Source: Methanothrix sp.
GTDB taxonomy: Archaea; Halobacteriota; Methanosarcinia; Methanotrichales; Methanotrichaceae
Direction: 5' to 3'
Assembly: GCA_037128175.1 (NCBI GenBank)
Contig: JBAXWY010000007.1
Coordinates: 1-64,000, forward strand
Length of the DNA stretch: 64,000 nt
Shown: piece by piece, positions 8,801-18,064 of the stretch
Layout of the letters: every line of letters begins with the position of its first letter
Numbering within the stretch: the first letter of the stretch is position 1
The notes under the pieces: model-generated
Databases searched by the model: none
Told to the model about the DNA's origin: nothing
Seen by the model: only the letters and a program-made list of their open reading frames with translations
Position numbers and translations under genes: made by a program

Positions 8801-9297
8801 TGCCAGCCCTTGCCATCCGCCTTGATGAGGTTGAACTTTTCCAGCTCTTCCAACTGTCGCGACACTGCTTTGATGGCCTCGGATTCGCCCGGCCCGATCC
8901 CCAACAGCTCAAGGATCTGATAGCTTCCCACGTGGCCAGCACGCTTTAGGATGTCCACCAATTCGCGGGAATAGGGCCGCACGCCTTGGAATTGATCGGC
9001 CTGAAATGGCTCAGCTCTGTAGCGCCGCAACTCGCCCTCATATCTCTGCAAAACAACCTCTTTCTGCCTGAGATCGTCGCGAAGGGTCTTGTTTTCCGCC
9101 TTCGTTTGCTCCAGCTCCTTCGCGATCTCATGCCGCGGGACAAGGCCTTCTTCTACTGCCAACCGCTCCTCGATAATCGATACGCACCACGTAGATAATG
9201 GGGTCTCTGCCTTTTCCGCCAGGGCTTGCCATCTGTCTTTTTGGGCTTTAGAATTGGCATAGACCCAAATGTATCGCGATCTATCAGGTTTTACCAC
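8788..9297 (-). CDS. Integrase-linked protein (RHH-like N-terminus, coiled coil, wHTH-like C-terminus)
   Basis: Overlaps integrase start; sequence pattern. Confidence 0.7.
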   Translation of the reverse strand: MVKPDRSRYIWVYANSKAQKDRWQALAEKAETPLSTWCVSIIEERLAVEEGLVPRHEIAKELEQTKAENKTLRDDLRQKEVVLQRYEGELRRYRAEPFQADQFQGVRPYSRELVDILKRAGHVGSYQILELLGIGPGESEAIKAVSRQLEELEKFNLIKADGKGWQWIA

Positions 9298-9483
9298 ATG
9301 CTCACCTGATAAGGAAAAGGCTTCGAAGGTATTTAAAGCTTACCTGTAAAATAGAGTGAATATCCCACCCTCGGCGCTTATCGTTTTTTGAATAGGTCTC
9401 TTTGATCGACGGCAGGTTTGCCTTCTTCGCCAAGATTGGCATTGAGTTCTTGAACTATTCACTTACCAGTAAGCGTGCCATAT

Positions 9484-9717
9484 CTAGTCCGTCTCCGGCA
9501 GGAGTGGCCTGATCTCATAGACATCCAACTGGCGCTGGATGGTGAATATATCGTTGCCCTTCTGGTGGCTCACGAGCAGGGAGTTGCCCACATCTTTGGG
9601 CAGATAGAACTCCTCATTGTCCAGTTTGACGCGGAAGAATTTCCGGCTCTTGCCCATCTCCATGTCCCTGTATCTTCCGGTTACCTTCTCGCCGATCTTC
9701 AGAATCCTGGGTTCCAT
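9484..9717 (-). CDS. Small hypothetical protein
   Basis: GAGGTGA SD, 77 aa. Confidence 0.7.
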   Translation of the reverse strand: MEPRILKIGEKVTGRYRDMEMGKSRKFFRVKLDNEEFYLPKDVGNSLLVSHQKGNDIFTIQRQLDVYEIRPLLPETD

Positions 9718-9793
9718 ACAAATCTCACCTCATTGATGATTATAGTTGTGTCCTGCTTCTACTTCTAACTTCCTATTGAATTTTAGGATATTT

Positions 9794-12700
9794 TCAGATC
9801 TTCACAGGAGCATGAGCCTTCTCTACTTCCGGACACCCCAGTGGGCAGGACCCCCCATCTTCGCCCGCATTATCCCACTGCATTTTCATCTGTGTTGCAT
9901 CCAAATAGTCGGTCTCGTTGGCCGTTTCCTGCTCCCAGCAGGCGCAGCTTATTCCCGGAACGTTCGCCGCTTCTGTCCCTGCGTTCCTCTTTGCGGGCGG
10001 GCAGCATCCCAGATATCCCCGGCTGATGACCGACAGGTTTTGCGCGAAAACCTGGCCATAGCTGCAGTTGCCCTCGACACGAGCCCGGTTGATGATATCG
10101 CCCTGGCACTTTTCCACATCCAGGTTGATGCCGATTCTCAAAGTATCACCGATGGAAAGATGCAGCAGTGTCCAGTTGGAGCCGTTCTGGCCGATCTGGT
10201 TGGGCCGCAACGTAGCGTTAAGGAACCGGGCCCCGGACGGGAAAAGGTCTTGCAGGAAGAGCGGCCCAATGGAGGCGTTGCCGTCATTGGTGATGGTGAT
10301 AGTATAAGCGGCCACGTCCTTGACCTGTTGCCCGTCTTTGCGAAGATAAAGGTGCGGTCGGTCGTAATTGGCAGCGCCGGAGAGGATGATCCTTCGCTTC
10401 ACTTCGTAGTCGCCCATGAAGATCTCATCCCTGTCCACCACAAGGGTTCCGTTCTTGCCCACAGCGGTCCGCAGCTTTGCCGTCCCGGAAAAGTTGGCCT
10501 CGCTCACAAGCTCCCTGGAGCTGGCCGCCGTTGCCTTCTTTTTCAGCCGGATGGTGCTGGAAAATTCCTCGGCGATGAGGCTTGATGGGCTATGGAGCCG
10601 CATCCCCTCCGACCACTTTTGAGATATGTTCAGAAAAGTGCGAGGCGTGACTTTATAACTTAAGCTATCGTAAGACGCATCCAGATCCTTGGCCATAAAG
10701 CCGGAAAATGTGTCACTTTGTTCGACAGCCCGATAGGCTCCTGTGCCGGACTCGTAGCTCCTCTGCCCCCGGGCTCGCGCATCTTTGGACACGTATCCCC
10801 GGCCGGAGGCGGAGCGGTCCATCATCAGGCCCTGGCCCAGATCGCGGACGCTCCCCTCAAGCTGAAAATATCCCGCATAGTCTTCTACCGAAAAGATATC
10901 TTCTTCGCGCCCCGTCGCCGGTCGTTTCAGCGTCCCCAGGTGGGCCAATCCTTGGAAATCGGACGTTATCTGCATCAACGATCCGTTTTCATCCAGATCA
11001 AAGAGGCTCTCGCTCTCCAGGTTGGCGGAATATCGATACGATTCTTCAAAGGAAGTGTTGGTGATGCCGTTCTTGGCACGAGCATCCTCGTGCCAGAGGC
11101 AGGAGACGTTCTGCAAGCCGTTTCCCGGTAGAAGAAGAGTTGTGGGATGATAGCTTGCCTTCACGCTTCTCTCCAGCCGGATGGATTTGTTGGTGGTGAG
11201 AAAGCGCAGATCTTCCTGATTCACGTAATCCCCGCTGCCGTGCTCACGCAGGCATAGCTCTGTCCCCTCTTCAGCCAAGATTTTCACATTTGCGGTTGCA
11301 GAGAGCTGCATCTGGTCGGAGGATACGTAGACACGGTTGGTGAGAAGGCCGGCCGGGCGGCGGGTGCTGTAGTCGCGGTAGGATCGGACGAAGCCCTGGC
11401 CGGTGACACTCTGTTGGCTCTGGTACAGGACGTCCGTTCTGGGAAGGCGCACCGTCAGGCCCATCTGCACGCACTGGCCGGGCGCAAGAGCTGGGAAATG
11501 CCAGACTCCATCCTGCGCCGTCTCCGGCCAGACGGAGACGAACTCTACGGCGGAGGCGAAGACATCGCGCACGGTGACGTTGGTGGCGCTCTCTCCTCCG
11601 TTGTTGCAGACTGTAATGATGTAGCTCACCTCCTCGCCCCGGCGCACTGCCTTTTGTAGCGCCGTCTTGTTGACGGATAGAAGAGTTCCATTCTGAACTT
11701 GTGTGTAAATGCTGCCCGATTTCGGCTCCAGCTCACTGCAATTGATGGTGAAGTGATTTAGCAGCAGGGCGCCGTCGGACAGAGTGTCCCCCACGTGCAC
11801 TTGCAGGCGAAAGGTGTGCGGGCCGTCCGGATCAAGGCTGGGAACGGTCCAGGCGATGTTCCTGGTGTTGTTCCAGGATGGGACCGGGTCGGCGGAGAGG
11901 AAGGTGGTGCCAGGATCCAGATCGTCCGTAATGTTGACATTGTGGGCGGCTCCAATGCCCTGATATTCATAGGTGAGGATGTAGGTGAGAATCTCGCCCA
12001 CCTGGACGGGATTGGGATCTGCGGTTTTGCTTATTGTGAGGCTCGCGATGTTCACGCGGGCAGAGGCCTCTCGAAGATAGTCGTTCACCCCTCCTGCGCC
12101 CGTGCGCTCCTCTGCGTCTGCGCCGGGACGGCTGGTCCAGGTCATAAGGGCGCGGCCCTCCACCAGATCGCCCGCGGCGGCGCGAGCCGTGGCATTGAAG
12201 CGGAAAAGGGCCTTTTGGCTGGCGTTCCAATCCAGGTCGAGGGCGTCCAGATGCCATCTGAGGGACTCGCCATCAAAAGCGGCGGCTGGACCTGCCAGGA
12301 CCTCTGCCGAGCCTGGATCGTAGGCCAGCCCCGCGGGCAAAAGGGGCTGCAGATCCACATCAAACGCAGGCACGCTACTCTTGTCGGAGTGGTAGAGGAG
12401 AAGGGTGAAGGAGACGCGCTCTTCCGGGGCGGCAAAGGGCCGGGAAGCCTGCATCTCCAGCACCAGCTCGGGCTCGACCACAGTCAGGGAGCCGGCCTCG
12501 TCGGCATCCGCTTTCTGAGCCAGGCCATCTTGCCAGCTCATGCGGGCTATCGTCCCTGCCAGGACAGCGCCATCCTGATTCTCGGGCTTGTTTGCCAGCA
12601 GGCAGTTGTAAGTGATCGCAATGGTCTCTGCGGGACCGGCGTCTCCAAAGAACCAGCCGATTGAATTTTCGGTAACCAGCTCGCGCTGCAAGCCCGTGCC

Positions 12701-14146
12701 CTGCACGAATAGGCTGCTCTTGTTGTAGATCAGGCCCTTTGCAATGGTATCGTTGATCCACAGGCCGTGCGCGCCGCGGGGCAGGTCGGCAGAGATTTCA
12801 TAGCCGACGGTTTCACCCACGGTCAGGCGGCGAGGCTGGTCTGGCATCTTTTTAAGGGCGGTTCTTGCTCCGAGCACGGAGAGCTGGCTGATCTCCTGGC
12901 AGGGGGCAGGCCCCCAGCAGGCTTGAAAGGTGCTGGAGTAGCTGCTCTGGGCGGATACCGCTCTGGCTTTGAGTATGATCTGCTCTGTCTGGCCTGGGGC
13001 AAGGGATGCATAGCTCCGGTTAAGTGAATCAATCTCTACAGGCTGCAAGCCCGGATCAAGTGTGATATTGACAACGACGCCGTAGGCAGTCCCATCTCCA
13101 TCGTTTCCCAGCAGAATGGTCCAGGCGATCTCATCTCCCTTAGCGATATCGAATCGATCCGGCGAGGCGGAAAGGCTCAAGTTTGCCCTTCTGATGTTTA
13201 AAGGAAGTTTCGGCGCGAGAGTTTTGCCGGCAGAAGAGATAATCTCCGCCGACAATTGGGCCTGGCTTTGTGCGCTGCATCCGGCTGTGAGATTGAACTG
13301 CAAACGCATAGATTCACCTGCATAAATATCTGCAGAGCTTCCGCCATTAGAACTTCCTGAAGTTGCCGCCTGAAATTTCCAATCCAGATCGCTGTCCAGG
13401 TCTTTGCCATTGGGATAACGCGCCCAGCAGATATTATTGTTCTTATCATCCTTGACCAGGGATGTGCGGTCAACCTCTCTCCCAGCAGAATCCAAAAGGG
13501 AAATGCTGCTTGGGTAAGAGTTGACCAAGGAGCCATTGGTCCAGGTGAGGAGTTGATAGCCATCAGGCACGATAACTGTGCCAGGGGAAAAAGAAACCGA
13601 CTTCTTATAGTAGCTGTCGACGAGCTTCCACCCACCGATATTGACTGCCTGGGAAGTTGGATTGTATAGCTCAATCCATTCCTTTAAAGTGTCTGAGCCT
13701 TCTGGATTTTGCTCCCATTCGTTTATTATGATGTGTCGATTGGATTTTAGTGCACTAGAAATGTCCCACTGTAGAGACTGACCGCTTTGGTAAGGCTCAC
13801 AAGATGACTTTGTGCCGTGCAAAATGATATTTGCGTTTCTTGTATAGCTGAATCCCAGAGGAACCTGGAGCTGTGCAGACAGACTTCGAGCATCATCGCT
13901 GGAAATGAAATTCATTTCGTAAACGCCTTCTCCAGAGACATCTACCTCGGAGGGGGCAAAGAGGTTCAGAGATGAGGCAGCGGCCGGCAAGAAAATCGTA
14001 TAAGATAATATAAAAAATGCTAGTATAATATAAAGTGACTGGGTTGTTTTATTTTCATAACATATTTTAGATATATAATGTGTTTTATCGGCAATGCGTT
14101 TATGTTCATTCGGATTGGTGCGTCCTAAATAAGATTCTATTGGCAT
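9794..14146 (-). CDS. Large secreted/surface protein with lamin-tail domain and DUF11 repeats
   Basis: IIINEWEQNP..EWIELYN (LTD); repeated SKTADP..VGE.LTY...NV.ITD (DUF11); hydrophobic N-terminus; start uncertain. Confidence 0.85.
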   Translation of the reverse strand: MPIESYLGRTNPNEHKRIADKTHYISKICYENKTTQSLYIILAFFILSYTIFLPAAASSLNLFAPSEVDVSGEGVYEMNFISSDDARSLSAQLQVPLGFSYTRNANIILHGTKSSCEPYQSGQSLQWDISSALKSNRHIIINEWEQNPEGSDTLKEWIELYNPTSQAVNIGGWKLVDSYYKKSVSFSPGTVIVPDGYQLLTWTNGSLVNSYPSSISLLDSAGREVDRTSLVKDDKNNNICWARYPNGKDLDSDLDWKFQAATSGSSNGGSSADIYAGESMRLQFNLTAGCSAQSQAQLSAEIISSAGKTLAPKLPLNIRRANLSLSASPDRFDIAKGDEIAWTILLGNDGDGTAYGVVVNITLDPGLQPVEIDSLNRSYASLAPGQTEQIILKARAVSAQSSYSSTFQACWGPAPCQEISQLSVLGARTALKKMPDQPRRLTVGETVGYEISADLPRGAHGLWINDTIAKGLIYNKSSLFVQGTGLQRELVTENSIGWFFGDAGPAETIAITYNCLLANKPENQDGAVLAGTIARMSWQDGLAQKADADEAGSLTVVEPELVLEMQASRPFAAPEERVSFTLLLYHSDKSSVPAFDVDLQPLLPAGLAYDPGSAEVLAGPAAAFDGESLRWHLDALDLDWNASQKALFRFNATARAAAGDLVEGRALMTWTSRPGADAEERTGAGGVNDYLREASARVNIASLTISKTADPNPVQVGEILTYILTYEYQGIGAAHNVNITDDLDPGTTFLSADPVPSWNNTRNIAWTVPSLDPDGPHTFRLQVHVGDTLSDGALLLNHFTINCSELEPKSGSIYTQVQNGTLLSVNKTALQKAVRRGEEVSYIITVCNNGGESATNVTVRDVFASAVEFVSVWPETAQDGVWHFPALAPGQCVQMGLTVRLPRTDVLYQSQQSVTGQGFVRSYRDYSTRRPAGLLTNRVYVSSDQMQLSATANVKILAEEGTELCLREHGSGDYVNQEDLRFLTTNKSIRLERSVKASYHPTTLLLPGNGLQNVSCLWHEDARAKNGITNTSFEESYRYSANLESESLFDLDENGSLMQITSDFQGLAHLGTLKRPATGREEDIFSVEDYAGYFQLEGSVRDLGQGLMMDRSASGRGYVSKDARARGQRSYESGTGAYRAVEQSDTFSGFMAKDLDASYDSLSYKVTPRTFLNISQKWSEGMRLHSPSSLIAEEFSSTIRLKKKATAASSRELVSEANFSGTAKLRTAVGKNGTLVVDRDEIFMGDYEVKRRIILSGAANYDRPHLYLRKDGQQVKDVAAYTITITNDGNASIGPLFLQDLFPSGARFLNATLRPNQIGQNGSNWTLLHLSIGDTLRIGINLDVEKCQGDIINRARVEGNCSYGQVFAQNLSVISRGYLGCCPPAKRNAGTEAANVPGISCACWEQETANETDYLDATQMKMQWDNAGEDGGSCPLGCPEVEKAHAPVKI

Positions 14147-14656
14147 ATATTGTGTCCGCCTGGAATTAGTTCGTATTTTTGGTACTGATCAGTAATACGA
14201 ATGTCTTATTTAATTTTTTCTGTTAGTATCTTTAGAAAGGTCGGCCCTATATCAGGAGAAGACAAAAAACAAATAAAAATTCAATTGTTTTAAAAAATAA
14301 CATTTATATTACGTTTTTCCTTCTCCTGCCCACCTTTTCAGCCCACCTCGGCAGACCAGCTCAGCCTACATGCGGGCGAGAGGCGCACTCGCCTGCACCC
14401 GCCCGCACTCGCGCCGCCACGCACGCGCATGGCGCGGCCCCGCGGATCGCCTCGGTGGTGCGCGGCAGAAGAGGGATGGCCGAGGGCGCGCGAGTCCCCG
14501 GCCCCACAGCCCAGGCGCCAGCCCCGCGGCTAGGGTCAGTCAAGGCGCAGGTTGGCGATGGCTTTGCCTCGGAATATTGGTGAGCAAAAAACGGCTCTTC
14601 GCTATTTTCCGTGTCTAACCTCTGGTTACTATGGTTTTCCAGTTGTTAGTTAGTCG

Positions 14657-14822
14657 CTCTGTGCGTTCTCTGTGAACTGTGGTGTCTCTGTGGTGGAATA
14701 GTCGTTAGCCACTGGTTATAACCAATGGTTTACGGACTACCACCACCGCAGACACAGAGCACGAGGGAGGACTCACAGAGGACTCGATTATTCCATTACC
14801 CACGCGAAACAACGAGGAACCC
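14657..14822 (+). repeat. Dispersed palindromic miniature repeat family A, copy 1
   Basis: CTCTGTG and CACAGAG arms around TGGTTATAACCA; homologous to 41436-41568 and 42445-42530. Confidence 0.85.
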
Positions 14823-14984
14823 GAAAAATGTCGAACGAAGCTGGCTCCGGCGGCACTCCCATGCGCACGGGCAGCCACGCTCGTCCAGGCGGGCCCGGAC
14901 CCGCATGCACGCACACGCGCGCACGAGCCCACGAGCGGCGACCAGTCCCGCAGATCACCCCCTTGGTCTACAAAAGAGAGCTGA

Positions 14985-15644
14985 TCATTTCAGCTTCACA
15001 CCAACCTCAGGGGGGCAGACGATGATCTGCACCGGCTCAATGATGATATTGGAAGTGGCCACCGCATTTCCTCCTTGCATGGTGTTTATGGCACTTACAG
15101 ATATGTCATGAACATCTATGTTCAGATAATTTCCTGCCTGGTGGATATCATTATTTTCAAGTTCTCGGCCACCAATGACGTCTTCCCTCCACTCCATTTT
15201 GGAGACCTGATCTACAGATTCATCATTCCCCTTGCCACTCACACTTATATTCTGGGAGTTCACCGTTCCCAGATAGCTTGTATCCCCATCCTGAGAGTCC
15301 TTGTAAAGCAAATCTCTCTGTTTTAAGGAGTTTATCGCAGACAGATCCCGCACATTTGCCGTTGAATTGGTGCTATCCATCAAGATCTCTTCCTTTTTGG
15401 GAGAGGTCGAGATAGAACCGGAAAGATCAGGACGAACCGGCTGATCTTGTCGGTTATACCAGGGGAAATAGAGGGTATCCTCGCCCACTTTTAGTATTCC
15501 CAAATCATCAGGATGATGCTCTTTTAATTTATTGATCTGTTCCAGGCCATTTAACTGCTGCTCAGCTAACGCTGGGATCAAGAAGATGCAAATAAATAGA
15601 AATCCCACTAACATCAGGCTAGTGGGTTTGGTCGATATCTTCAT
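14985..15644 (-). CDS. Secreted hypothetical protein
   Basis: Signal peptide MKISTK...PALA; beta-rich C-terminus. Confidence 0.8.
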   Translation of the reverse strand: MKISTKPTSLMLVGFLFICIFLIPALAEQQLNGLEQINKLKEHHPDDLGILKVGEDTLYFPWYNRQDQPVRPDLSGSISTSPKKEEILMDSTNSTANVRDLSAINSLKQRDLLYKDSQDGDTSYLGTVNSQNISVSGKGNDESVDQVSKMEWREDVIGGRELENNDIHQAGNYLNIDVHDISVSAINTMQGGNAVATSNIIIEPVQIIVCPPEVGVKLK

Positions 15645-15672
15645 TTCGGTCCTCTAAGATAGGAGACTGGAT

Positions 15673-16128
15673 CTACTGCTGATTAGCTACGACCTTAACA
15701 TTGTTCGTGGCGGAAGCAAATCCGAAAGCCATGGCCTCCCTATTGCCTACCTTGATCTGATCTACATTGACCTTGATGCAAGAGTCAGTGCAGCCAATTG
15801 GATTACCCTGGTCATCGTTTAGAGTGCATGGTGCACACGCACCGGAATCCTGATTCTTCTTGATCTCCAGGTTGTTGGTGGCAGTGGCGAGGGGAGTCTT
15901 TTGCCAAATATTCCCAAATGCCAAGGCCTTATCATTGCCTACAACCAGAGTATCGACATTGGTGTCTTGAGCCTCCGGGAACCTGACAAGGGACCCATCA
16001 GTCTCAAAAATACCAGTTCCGAGAATATCCACACCGCCGCTTCCAGCCAAGCCATAATTATCCACTGCCATTGCAGGAAGGGATAACATGGCTATAGCCA
16101 ATACCAATACAACGCCTATTTTTTTGAT
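15673..16128 (-). CDS. Secreted protein with two N/Q-rich beta repeats
   Basis: Signal peptide (I)KKIGVVLVLAIAMLSLPAMA; ORF-track start 16107, probable ATC/ATT start 16128-16131. Confidence 0.8.
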   Translation of the reverse strand: MKKIGVVLVLAIAMLSLPAMAVDNYGLAGSGGVDILGTGIFETDGSLVRFPEAQDTNVDTLVVGNDKALAFGNIWQKTPLATATNNLEIKKNQDSGACAPCTLNDDQGNPIGCTDSCIKVNVDQIKVGNREAMAFGFASATNNVKVVANQQ

Positions 16129-16434
16129 AATCTCACCCCATACATTCTTTAATATAGACGGATGTTAGCATTGATAGTATTTATATTTTTTGGTAAGACA
16201 TACAAACATAGGTATGATCGAGAACACATAAGCACCCAATTATTCCATAAATGTCATGAGGAACTACAGTAACAAATGAGTAGATGCAACCAATTATCAG
16301 TATTAATATGTATTAAAAACATATATTTAAAGCAATAAGATAACAGAATTATAAAATTTGAAGATAAGCATATTTGCGGAGAGAATTTAGGCAGAAGACG
16401 ATGTGTTGAAATTTAAATATTAATAAAGTATAAA

Positions 16435-18030
16435 TCAGGCTTCGGAGAATATCAGCTTGCGCACCTTCATAGTAGCCAGATCGACAATGGGCACCACCGC
16501 CGGCACAGGCTGAATGTTCATCTTCTTCTGAAAATCGGTCTGAGACTGCCAGGTTCCGCTATTAATCACAGCCACGCCCTTGTACCGGGCAATACCCACG
16601 GTGTGAACGTGTCCGCAATGCAATATGGCCGGTGGCCTAGATATAACATAATGGTCTTCATGCTCTGGTGCGATGGAGACGCGACTGCCGTAAATCGGTG
16701 CTAGATGCCGCCGTCTCAGCATCTCGATCATGGCCTTCTCCGGCGCGGCGTAAGAGATGCCGGGCAGACGCAAGACGAGATCATCTATGCTTCGACCATG
16801 GTAGATCAAGACCGATACCCCGCTCAAGGTCACCCAAGCGGGATTGCCCACAAAGAGCATGTCTTTTCGGAAATACCTCTGCACATCCTCCGGAAGAGAG
16901 GGCTGAGGCTCTGCCTGACGCACAATATCGTGGTTGCCGGGGGCGATGATCACTTTTATGCCCTTTCTTATGCCGTTGAGCCACTCTGCCGCCGCTTCGT
17001 ACTGGGCATATATGTCCATGATGGCCAGATCATTTTGTTGACCGGGATAGATGCCTACCCCGTCCACCAGATCTCCGGCAATTACTATGTACTGCACCTG
17101 AGAAGCCAGGCCGGAAGCATCGTCCACCTCGCCGTTGAGCCACTGCAAAAATCTCTGCCAGGCATCTGCCATGAAGTATTTGCTTCCCACATGAAGATCA
17201 GAGAGCAGCAGAGCAAAGCCGCTTCCCTTCTCCAGAGGAGCCGTCTGATTGGGCATATCCGGCCAGAGCAAAGACTTGACAAAAAGCCTTCCATTGCCGT
17301 CAGAGATGCCCGTGACGCCTATGACCTCATCCGTTATGATGAGACCAGACTGCTCATAGACCTCAGCATCCTTTTGAATGACGGCAATTATCATGCCGGT
17401 AGGATCCTCCAGCTCGATTACTCGATTGCCTTTGGCAGTAGTTTTAACATCCATGACCATGCCGATGAGAGAGACCTCTCGACCGGTTGTGCTCTTGCCC
17501 AGGGATTCGATGGGCCGGGAGTTGAGCCGTCGAGAGAGAATTTCCCTGATTTTTGAGTATCTATCGCGAAAATAGTGCACGAAATCATCGTAATCACCAA
17601 CGCAAGTAGACCGGCCGGTTATGTCGCATTTCAGTTCGACAGACGAATCCTGCAAGCATGGAAACGATGTGGACGGCTGTGGAGACAAGGCCTGCGAAGA
17701 TAATAGAGGCAAAGAAGGAGATGAGGAAAGAGAGGAAGAAGACGATGGGAAAGGCAAAGACGGTGAGGACGGTAGAGCCTTTGCAAAAGATGTCCTTTTT
17801 GCAGCAGCTAAATCAAGATGGCATGATACCATGGATGTCCCAATCACTGCCACGGATCTATCCGCGCTGCTGATGATGCGCGCCAGAAGCTCCTCTTTGC
17901 TGCCGGGATAGCGGCAGATGATCTCCAGGGCCTCCGGCTCTAATTGATAACCCTGCTCGGCAAACCTCTGCACTATATCTCGGTCGACCGCTTTGCTCGG
18001 GCGGATGCCACGTGGCAATATCTGCTGCAT
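16435..18030 (-). CDS. polB: DNA polymerase II (PolD) small subunit DP1
   Basis: OB fold plus SDLHVGS, AGDLVDG, PGNHD, HG, HCGHVH phosphoesterase motifs. Confidence 0.95.
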   Translation of the reverse strand: MQQILPRGIRPSKAVDRDIVQRFAEQGYQLEPEALEIICRYPGSKEELLARIISSADRSVAVIGTSMVSCHLDLAAAKRTSFAKALPSSPSLPFPSSSSSLSSSPSLPLLSSQALSPQPSTSFPCLQDSSVELKCDITGRSTCVGDYDDFVHYFRDRYSKIREILSRRLNSRPIESLGKSTTGREVSLIGMVMDVKTTAKGNRVIELEDPTGMIIAVIQKDAEVYEQSGLIITDEVIGVTGISDGNGRLFVKSLLWPDMPNQTAPLEKGSGFALLLSDLHVGSKYFMADAWQRFLQWLNGEVDDASGLASQVQYIVIAGDLVDGVGIYPGQQNDLAIMDIYAQYEAAAEWLNGIRKGIKVIIAPGNHDIVRQAEPQPSLPEDVQRYFRKDMLFVGNPAWVTLSGVSVLIYHGRSIDDLVLRLPGISYAAPEKAMIEMLRRRHLAPIYGSRVSIAPEHEDHYVISRPPAILHCGHVHTVGIARYKGVAVINSGTWQSQTDFQKKMNIQPVPAVVPIVDLATMKVRKLIFSEA

Positions 18031-18064
18031 CGAAAGGAGTATAAGAGCCTACCAACTGATAAAT

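Larger units (their letters stand above)
1..9400. mobile_element. Integrated plasmid/virus-satellite-like element (left end outside window, right boundary approximate)
   Basis: Tyrosine recombinase, primase-helicase, two HNH genes, AbrB/wHTH regulators and tightly overlapping small ORFs; no att repeat visible in window. Confidence 0.8.

Noticed and set aside
9746-13030. Long antisense ORFs (e.g. 9746-10585, 11795-12664, also 16705-17556, 55575-56468)
   Set aside because: Shadow ORFs opposite GC-rich real genes, with no motifs or SD support.
14361-15111. Short ORFs over the GC-rich/repeat region (also 41402-41653, 42318-42569)
   Set aside because: They are translations of repeat family A and low-complexity DNA.
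17660-17790. Purine-rich low-complexity tract in polD DP1
   Set aside because: It encodes the variable Ser/Pro linker normal for DP1; not an intein or insertion.
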